Below, piece by piece: positions 54,658 through 64,000 of a stretch of DNA of 64,000 nt (the first letter of the stretch is position 1; each line of letters opens with the position of its first letter). Origin of the DNA: Octopus vulgaris (taxonomy: Eukaryota). Location: NCBI GenBank assembly GCA_951406725.2, contig OX597820.1, forward strand, positions 122,946,001-123,010,000, written 5' to 3'. The notes under the pieces were generated by a model that saw nothing but the letters and a program-made list of their open reading frames with translations, had not been told where the DNA came from and did not search any database. Position numbers and translations under genes: made by a program.

Positions 54658-54704
54658 TATTTACAGTTGAAAAAGCCTCAGTGACTGAAATCGATACTGA
54701 AATG
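54658..54704 (+). ncRNA. Minimal hammerhead-like motif with U3-A8 core variant
   Basis: CAG-TTGAAAA-AGCC(TCAGT)GACT-GAAA-TCGA-TA-CTG inside a 230-bp insert between (TA)n tracts. Confidence 0.5.
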
Positions 54705-54747
54705 TTTTTTATAAAATTATTTTAGCATTTTCTACCTTTACAATTTT

Positions 54748-54781
<34 letters not shown>

Positions 54782-54994
54782 CAATAATAATTCTCTAAAA
54801 GAGATATAGACAGTAACTGCTCGATAACATAAGGGACTAAAGCCATCTGAATATGGCTAGGGACAGGGCAGGGTGGTGGGGGTGTTACTGTTGCATTTAG
54901 CCCCAGGCGAACATCGACGTCACCAGAAAGGCTAGACACCGTCACGGTGTCCTTATCCTCAAAGGGAGGTAATTCCCCGATGAAGCGGAAACCA

Positions 54995-55040
54995 CACACG
55001 GACCATGGTTTCAAGGTGTATTGCCTATCGTCGGCGTGTG
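54995..55040 (-). ncRNA. Minimal type I hammerhead (U4C variant), minus-arm copy
   Basis: Reverse complement identical to 55657-55702. Confidence 0.65.
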
Positions 55041-55656
55041 GTAGGCTTCCGCTTCCTCGACGAATTCTCACTCTGCAGGATTTTCACATATAGATTTTCA
55101 AGCAAAATACATTTGCTGATTTCGAAAATCTGTTCGAAAGCAATAATAATTCTCTAAAAGAGATATAGACAGTAACTGCTCGATAACATAAGGGACTAAA
55201 GCCATCTGAATATGGCTAGGGACAGGCAGGGTGGTGGGGTGTTACTGTTGCATTTAGCCCCAGGCGAACATCGACGTCACCAGAAAGGCTAGACACCGTC
55301 ACGGTGTCCTTATCCTGCAACCTTGAAACCATGGTCCGTGTGTGGTTTCCGCTTCATCGGGGAATTACCTCCCTTTGCAGGATAAGGACACCGTGACGGT
55401 GTCTAGCCTTTCTGGTGACGTCGATGTTCGCCTGGGGCTAAATGCAACAGTAACACCCCCACCACCCTGCCCTGTCCCTAGCCATATTCAGATGGCTTTA
55501 GTCCCTTATGTTATCGAGCAGTTACAGTCTATATCTCTTTTAGAGAAGTATTATTGCTTTCGAACAGATTTTCGAAATCAGCAAATGTATTTTGCTTGAA
55601 AATCTATATGTGAAAATCCTGCAGAGTGAGAATTCGTCGAGGAAGCGGAAGCCTAC

Positions 55657-55702
55657 CACACGCCGACGATAGGCAATACACCTTGAAACCATGGTCCGTG
55701 TG
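55657..55702 (+). ncRNA. Minimal type I hammerhead (U4C variant)
   Basis: CACACG-CCGACGA-TAGG(CAATACA)CCTT-GAAA-C-CATG-G-TC-CGTGTG; stem I extended by AAGCGGAA/TTCCGCTT; predicted cleavage after 55696. Confidence 0.65.
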
Positions 55703-55985
55703 TGGTTTCCGCTTCATCGGGGAATTACCTCCCTTTGCAGGATAAGGACACCGTGACGGTGTCTAGCCTTTCTGGTGACGTCGATGTTCGCCTGGGGCTA
55801 AATGCAACAGTAACACCCCCACCACCCTGCCCTGTCCCTAGCCATATTCAGATGGCTTTAGTCCCTTATGTTATATATATATATATATATATATAAATAC
55901 ATACCCACATACACACACACACATATATATGTATATAAATATACATATATATATAGATATATGCATACATATATATGTATATATA

Positions 55986-56164
55986 CTCTTTTACGTGTTT
56001 CAGTCATGTGACATTGGCCATGCTGGAGCACCGCCTTTAGTCGAGCAAATCGACCCAGGACTTATTTTTGTAAGCTTAGTACTTATTCTATATTTCGCTG
56101 AACCGCTAAGTTACGGGGATGTAAACACACCAGCATCGGTTGTCAAGCGATGTTGGGTGCAGAA

Positions 56165-56212
<48 letters not shown>

Positions 56213-56368
56213 GGCTTCTTTCATTTTCCGTCTACCAAATCCAGTAACAAGGCTTTGGTCGGCCTGAGGCTATAGTAGACACATGCCCAAGGTGCCATGC
56301 AGTGGGAGTGAACTCGGAAGCATGTGGTATATAAGCAAGCTACTTACCACACAGCCACTACTACGCCT
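55986..56368 (-). mobile_element. SINE family B
   Basis: Matches 20878-21270. Confidence 0.88.
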
Positions 56369-56394
56369 CGAGCAGAGTATATTGACTATAATAT

Positions 56395-56439
<45 letters not shown>

Positions 56440-58052
56440 CGTGTAGGGTGGTGGAGTTGTATAGCATTGTGTTTGCACATGCCTCAGAGGCAGCTACTTT
56501 CTCGTAGTCATTTTGGCCAACTGATGGTGGTGTGAGTGTGTTCTTCTTCACTAGTATAACAGAGTCCGCAATTTTCATCACAAGGTGGAGGTTTGGAGGC
56601 ATCTTCGTCCAACGTATGTATGAATTTATGTGCGTATATACGCATATATGTGCACATATATATATGTGTGTGCGTGTATTTCTTAATAATAATAAATATA
56701 CTAAATAGCATAAGCGTCTTTGCGTTGTTCTGAGTTATTAAATTCCCCCTGTGTATCTGATAATAATATCTGACATCGTATGGAAACTAGAGGCGACATA
56801 AATTTTTGCTACCGTGATTAAGGGATGTCATCGTGTTACTCTGGTGATTAACGCTTGTCAATGATTACTCTACATCATTTGGTTTTCCAGGGTTTTCACT
56901 ATATTTCTCATTCCTCATATTGTGAAAAGATGAATTATTAAGCATAAATATTACAGTCAATATTCTCGGCTCGATATTTTAGAATTGTCTTTCCTTCATG
57001 GCACACAAACATAATCCACTTTTTGAAATTTTAGTGAATAACAGTTTGCCTGCAATGACTACAACGACTGTTATCCTCCTAAACTAATGTTTAAATTCAT
57101 AGTCAATATTGATTTATTACACTGGCACAATGCCATGTGAATGGGAATATTAATATATGTGCTGCGCGATGACTTGGCACCGATGCCATATCGCCTAACA
57201 GCATTTGCTTCTGTGTCCTTCTATACAGTTTAAAACCCTCCGGGGTCTACTTTGCCTCTTATCTCTCCAATGAATTAAATAGCATTCATATAATAGAATC
57301 GATTCAGTCAGCTTCCACTCTTTTTCTACAAATATCAGGCTTGAATCATTTCAAGAAGCTCACATAAATATGCTAAGAAAATTGCGTAACGATAAAAATA
57401 AAATAAAAACATTGTTAAACACATGAAGACATGGCAGACCGCATCAAATTTGGTTTCTTCACATTCCATGTTCTAATCACAATTCAAACCAATACAAGCC
57501 AGAAGTATGGGCTTCAAGTTTACGTAAGGTTTGAAGTAAGCAACAAATACCCACCTTGTCTTTTCTGGTACAAATAGACGTGGTCCGTAGATTCGATACA
57601 ACTGAAAATGACAGGACTTTCGATAGATTATGGGTATTTTTAATTAGTTAGCACTTATCACCTTCCGAAAATCAGGGCTTGTGCGTATCTGAAAAATGAG
57701 AATTTATTTACATTTCATAATTGTCTATATTTAAAGCATTGTACAGTATACGTCAGTATGATGTGAAGCGCTTGGCCTAGTGGTTAAGGTGTAACACTCA
57801 CGTACTCTAAAGCGTAGGTTCGATTCCAGGACCTAGAGGCGTGTTGCGCTCAGTGAGGGAATAGCAGAATCGTTGGCGCGTTGGCAGAGAGGCTTTATGC
57901 CATGTATTTCGGTTTCTCTATATTCTGAAAAAAGCAACGAGAGAAACCTCTCAAATGTTCATCCCAAGTTTAGTCAGTAATCTACTAAACTGAGGCATGG
58001 GAGAGTCCGGCCTCTCCCAGGTCGTGTTGAGAGAGGGCTAGAGAATGTTGTC

Positions 58053-58200
58053 ATGCACAGGACCTGCCCAACGTAAGACTACCATAGGGGACCTGCTTAA
58101 CAGAAGATTACCACACAAGACCTGTCCAAGGGATGATTACTGCACAGGACCTGTCCAAGTGAAGACTACCACACAGGACCTGTCCAAAGGAAGGCTACCA
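58053..58200 (+). repeat. 29-bp minisatellite x5
   Basis: Diverged units resembling CACAGGACCTGTCCAAxxxAAGACTAC. Confidence 0.8.
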
Positions 58201-58911
58201 ATCTTGAAATTTATATGTTGGTTGGCTTCCGATAATTGTGAAACCAGCGTATAATTTATACCATTTTCAAACAAATTCAGTTCTACAGTTACAAATAATT
58301 TAGATCGTGATTCAAGGTGGCGATCATTTTTGTTAGTTTATTATTCAGCTACATCAGCGCCATGACTTGAATAAGTTACTAACTTATTTTGAAACCACAT
58401 CCCTCACTCTTCATGATGGAGCGAAATTGCATCTTTTTTTTTTTAAGATATACCATACAGCATGTACATTTAAATTTATGGAGGACTATGAAGTCAGCGC
58501 CTTCTAAACTGCCAGACCTGCAGATCTGTTTTATAACGGCCTGTACTAAGAGGAAAATATGGATCTCGATGGTGAATTGGTAGTACTGAACATTCGTAGT
58601 TGCTTATCCCATTAACAACGGTTATGTCACAAATGGATAAATCGGGGCAGATTTCTTTAGACATCTAAGCATATTCTAAGGAACTTCTCTCTCTCATTAG
58701 TATTTCTGAGCAATCAAAATGTATCCCGTTTGGTCGCCGCAGAGATTGTGTGGGGTAACTAATATGAGAACAGAATGCAAAAATCTCGCAAACGTTGTCA
58801 GGTACTTTGAACTGCATGGCGATTTCCGTCGTGAATTCCTGAATGCACAAATATGGACTTGGACAAATTGTAGCGAAATATCCAAGTCGTAGTTACAGTG
58901 AATTTTCATTA

Positions 58912-59057
58912 GGCCATTGTTAGGTACAGCTTGCATTCCAAGGAGGATATTGTCTCTTTGAGTCACAGGAGAAGGCATTACTTGAAACCTTTGGTGATTT
59001 GTTGTCTGCTTTCAAGTAAAGAATAACAGGTAATTAAGAACTATCCGAGAGTATTTC

Positions 59058-59113
<56 letters not shown>
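58912..59113 (+). mobile_element. 5'-truncated R4/Dong LINE end with (TAA)n tail
   Basis: Similar to 39215-39388. Confidence 0.8.
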
Positions 59114-59187
59114 CATGGTTTCAAATTTTGCCACAAGGGCAGCAAATTTGGGGAAGGGGACACATCGACTCCTGTGTTCGGCTGGTT

Positions 59188-59220
<33 letters not shown>

Positions 59221-59454
59221 GTAATGGTGTAATTTATGGTTTCAAATTTTTGCACAAAAAAACAGTTTTAAGGGAATGGGTAAAGCAATTTTTTTATCAA
59301 CCCCAGTATTTGACGGGTTCTTATTTATCATTCCTGGTGAGGCGAAATGCAAAGTCGACTACAGGGGAATACGAATTCAAAGATCAAATAATCGGAAGAA
59401 ATTCCGCTAAACATTTTGTTCGACTCGCTAATAATTCCGCTATCTCACCGCAGC

Positions 59455-59458
59455 CGGC

Positions 59459-59538
<80 letters not shown>

Positions 59539-59573
59539 CAGCAGCAGTAGTAGTACTAGCCGCAGCAGTAGTG

Positions 59574-59610
<37 letters not shown>

Positions 59611-59687
59611 TAGTAGTAGTAGCAGCAGTAGTAGTAGTAGTAATAGTAGTAGCAGTAGCATTAGTAGTAGTAGTAGTCGTAGTAATG

Positions 59688-59726
<39 letters not shown>

Positions 59727-59822
59727 ATAGTAGTAGTAGTAGTAGTGGTGGTGGTGGTGGTAGCAGTAGCAGCAGCAGTAGTAGTAGTAGTAGTAGTAGT
59801 AGTAATAGTAGTAGTAGTAGTG
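59455..59822. repeat. (CAG/TAG)n trinucleotide repeat
   Basis: Direct reading. Confidence 0.95.
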
Positions 59823-60459
59823 TTGTAACATTAAATATGTTAATTTTTCTGATATTTGAGACAATTCAGCGAGGCTTCTGTCCAATATCTGATGCCAGTA
59901 GCATAATTAAAAAACCTAAATAATTAATTTTACTTAATTTTTTTCTTATTAATTATTTCAGTTTTATTTATTGAATAATTAATTTTATTAAAATGTATTA
60001 ACTATAATTTATTTTACAAATAAAACTGTTTAAAATACAAAAAAATAGACGAACAATTTTATATGAATATATAAAGCAAAACTTAATTAAAACCGTATAA
60101 TTTAATGAGACAATAATGCAATTAACACATGTCGCCTATACACAGCAGAAGAACCGTAACCTGTGTTGCCGTGGAGCAGCTCACAGCTCGGCTTGTTTGC
60201 CTTTCCTCTTAATGGAAATCAGAACACCAATAGACAACAACAAGTATCCTTTTCTATGGAAGAGAGAAAATTCATTAACAACATCATCTTTAAAGTGTCA
60301 CGGTTTCACCTAATTTTGCCTGCCCTATTTCCTCCTTTTCAATTAGCATTTCATTATCATAATCAGACTTGAAAATGTCCATCTTATCACTCAAGGCAGC
60401 GTTGTTTATTGGCAAGACAATAAATATTAAGTCGTCCCTAACTCGTTAATATCTCTTAT

Positions 60460-60680
60460 ATCTATTTCTTTACTACCCACAAGGGGCTAAACACAGAGAG
60501 GACAAACAAGGACAGACAAACGGATTAAGTCGATTATATCGACCCCAGTGCGTAACTGGTACTTATTTAATTGACCCCGAAAGGATGAAAGGCAAAGTCG
60601 ACCTCGTCGGAATTTGAACTCAGAACGTAACGGCAGACGAAATACAACTAAGCATTTCGCCCTGCGTGCAAACGTTTCTA
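60460..60680 (-). mobile_element. SINE family A
   Basis: TSD TATCTCTTATATCT. Confidence 0.9.
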
Positions 60681-60899
60681 TCTCTTATATCTCTGTTTGT
60701 TGTCAATCTTCAGTGTCATCTCTTTTCATTTTACACTTTCCGGCATGTTTTCACTCTTGTCCATCAACTTTTTGTTTCCGTTGTCTTTCCTCAATGGAGT
60801 AGAACTTCAAATAAACTCAACTTCAGTCCCCTCCCCCCACACCCCGACTTCCTGCATCCTGCTTGTTAACACTCGGCGCTGCGACCGAGGTGAGCCCAT

Positions 60900-62600
60900 C
60901 GGTCATCCGGTAAACCATGACCGGTGGTGTTTTGGAAAAAGCTACGTCTGTGCCCAACTGTTGTTACCGGTTCTGCTTCACCGGAGCTATGCACTTGATA
61001 GGATAGCTCTGTGATCTTCAGAGAAATTCAGGCCAGCATGTATGTGTTGAACCCATATAACCGCAACATTTTCAGCCAACATGTATTTTAGAGAAGATAT
61101 TTGTGATAAACCAACAACCGACATCCCACAAATCCTCTGGCTGTCAACTTGCATTGGTCTATATATTACGGTATAAGACTTTGGGTAAAAGTGTAGTGCA
61201 ACAACTCTGCCTGCCACTTCTACTCCACTTTCGATTCAAAAGCTCAGTTCAGAGTCTCCTTTACCTTTTTACAGATAAGTAGAAATTCTATCACGCCACA
61301 CATCATCTAAGGTTTCCTTTGATTGCGCCATTCGGGGCACAGTGAAAAATGCTTTGCAGAGGTGCGTCAGTTATATGCTTGCATTTTCTGCGATGACAAT
61401 GTCAGTGTGACAGAGAATTTTCAGACAAACTTCCCATATATTTGACCTTTTTTCCCCATATTCACAGATTTCCTCCTGTTCAACATAGTGGTAAATAATA
61501 CTTTGAACGTATTCCGAGCATATTTGAATTGGTAAATAACCTTGCATTTATACACATCACTGCTTAACGCTACCAGGCATTGTACGATAACTGAAATATC
61601 GTAAGAGAAACAATCTCAGCGCACCCTGTTGGGTTTTTGTAACTGAAGAGGAGATAACCAGTCCAAACTGCCTGCATCTCACAGTCTAGCTAGTTGACGC
61701 TGCGAGCTGAGTTTTGGTGTATTTACACCATTTGTCATGACAAAACATGGTGAATGGCTTTCTTATGGATTCGAACGTGCCCCAAGCATATTTCAATTGG
61801 TACTAATCTTGCATTTATGGATAACGATACACTTCTTTTCATCAGCCTCTGTTTACATTTCAAAGATATATTTCGTTCTGTTTTTCAATATATTTTCCAA
61901 TGGTTGTACTCCTGGAAACGGAGCCTCCACGAACTTAAGCTGTGCTTGAGAGTTCCGCTGGTGTTCTTTTTCACTGCTTTCTGGATTCTCAAGTGTATAT
62001 AAGTTCAAGAAGAGTTCATCCAACACTGTATTGTCTACCTCATTACTTTAGTTTGAGCAAACTGAGGAAGAACTCCGTATTGTTCTTGTGGTTTTGGTAT
62101 CATTCGGAGATGTAAGAACGGACCGTGTCTAAATCACCGTCCACAATGTTTGATTGTTAAATATTCTCGTATGGCTTTCTCAGGTACCTGAATACACCTG
62201 CACACATTGCTTAGGACTTTTTTCATTTACTTCTTTGTTCTCACACTGAAAACTCACATAAAATGCGAGGGATTTTTCGTGATTTCTTTACGCCTAACCT
62301 GTTCATATTGCAATGCAAATGTTACAACGACGTTGAGGTCAATATACTTCCCAAGCTTAAAACTGTCACTTTGTAGTACTATGGTCCCTGCATTTTGGTA
62401 TGAGTTTATGCACAGGTGCATGATGATCTCTCTGTTGCTTCACCTTGGTAAATATTTCAATGTCAATTTGTCTGGTCAATAGATGGAAAAACCAATCCTT
62501 TCATCGGTGAACACATTCTTCAGTTGTTCACATATGAAAGCGTTGTCGCCTATACATCATAAAATAGAAAAATGTCACTTGTAACCCTACTGATGCTTTT
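60900..62600 (-). mobile_element. Highly degraded Gypsy-like gag-pol relic
   Basis: Fragments in gag-RT-RNaseH order: IDLNVVVTFALQYE; DWLSPLQLQKPN; YRTMPG; CEYG..KVKYMG; KWQAELLHY..TVIYRP. Confidence 0.45.
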
Positions 62601-62892
62601 ATCTGATTGATTTCATCTGAAAGTTTTCTATGTCCAGGAATCAGAGAGAAGCGTTGTTGATTTGGAGAGCAGCGCTCAGCAAAGTGTTTTGGAACTACCA
62701 GTTATTCTCGGCAAAACTTGAGGGGCGTGCTCAAGTTTTAGTGTTGTTTTTCTCACTACGAAATACGCTACAATAATTTTTTCTCAGAAAATTAATTTTC
62801 GTTTCTCCGCTTATCTTTTTGTTTTTTTTACTGTCGTCAGGTTCAATTTATTTTCTTTTTACTATTTCTCATTTCTCAAATAAATGCTTATA

Positions 62893-63300
62893 GGTAGGCG
62901 CAGGAGTGGCTGTGTGGTAAGTAGCTTGCTTACCAACCACATGGTTCAGGGTTCAGTCCCTCTGCGTGACACCTTGGGCAAGTGTCTTCTACTGTAGCCT
63001 CGGGCCGACCAAAGCCTTGTGAGTGGATTTGGTTGACGGAAACTGGAAGAAGCCACTCGTATGTATGTATATATATATATATATGCGTGTGTGTGTTTGT
63101 GTGTCATTGTTTGTCCCCCCAACATCGCTTGACAACCGATGCTGGTGTGTTTACGTCCCCGTAACTTAGCGGTTCGGCAAAAGAGACAGATAGAATAAGT
63201 ACTAGGCTTACAAAGAATAAGTCCTTGGGAGTCGATTTGCTCGACTAAAGGCGGTGCTCCAGCACGGCCACAGTCAAATGACTGAAACAAGTAAAATAGT
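62893..63300 (+). mobile_element. SINE family B
   Basis: Matches 37718-38145. Confidence 0.9.
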
Positions 63301-63654
63301 ATGCATTTTATCCCATATGCCTAACCGGGAACATATTCGCATATGCTGGTGCTCCAACTGCTGTGTGGGGCATCATTTCTTACTATCCTAATACAGAAAG
63401 CTATTTTGAAATATGGCAAACGAAATAAATTGAAAGGATTATTGTCAGAAATATTTTGGATGTATTCTTTTAAAGCAAAGAGGAAACAACAATTCAAAAA
63501 CAGATCCTAGTATTTTGGGGGGTTTTTTCGTCTAACAAATCGTGTGAAAATCCGTAATAAATAAATATTAAAAAAATCCTCCAATCACTGGAAGACAGGA
63601 GCGGTGCGTCGCACGTCTAGACTTAACAAGACACAATAAAAACAATGCCGGCCA

Positions 63655-63713
63655 TGACAACGACGATGACAGCAACAACAACAACAACAACAACAACAGC
63701 AATAATAATAATA

Positions 63714-63771
<58 letters not shown>

Positions 63772-63785
63772 TAATAACGTAATGA
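63655..63785. repeat. (AAC)n(AAT)n microsatellite
   Basis: Direct reading. Confidence 0.95.
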
Positions 63786-64000
63786 TAGACAGGCAGTTAA
63801 AAAGAAAGGAACTGCAAGCTTACCATGTATTATTTATATAAGATGTGTGAGACCATCGAGGCGAATGATTACTGGGCAGCTGCAAGACTTGAGTTTTTCT
63901 GTTTGACATATCACTTGAAAGGAAAACATTCCATGAAAGTTTTCAGTTTGAGAGAACAACTTAACCGTAAATGTCTACAGATCTGAGACTTACCACATAG

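Larger units (their letters stand above)
54781..55874. mobile_element. Second hammerhead-bearing repeat, 360-bp unit, two arms of about 1.5 units head-to-head
   Basis: Minus-sense arm 54781-55320 (period 359), plus-sense arm 55321-55874 (period 360); (TA)n on both flanks. Confidence 0.88.

Noticed and set aside
54709-55896. ORFs containing DKDTVTVSSLSGDVDVRLG...PPPPCP
   Set aside because: Incidental frames in the structured 360-bp repeat; start context differs between copies

Overview
AT-rich, repeat-saturated eukaryotic non-genic DNA, probably octopus/cephalopod (inferred from the tRNA-derived SINE families, R4/Dong, RTE and Tx1 LINE relics and very long TA/TATG/AAT microsatellites). I see no intact host protein-coding gene; almost all listed ORFs are microsatellite or repeat read-through. 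The standout is a set of hammerhead-ribozyme (HHR) elements of the Penelope-like/retrozyme type. (1) A near-perfect 482-485 bp tandem array (about 6.4 units plus about 1.1 inverted units, 14448-18084) inserted with a 13-bp target-site duplication (TSD) inside a SINE, one type I HHR per unit. (2) An unrelated 360-bp HHR unit (54781-55874) with the same head-to-head geometry inside a (TA)n tract. (3) Scattered minimal HHRs, including apparent G3-C8 and U3-A8 core covariants. (4) Penelope GIY-YIG/RT relics that could represent the mobilising partner family. The geometry suggests priming from both target ends on circular or multimeric ribozyme-processed RNA; this is inference, not tested.
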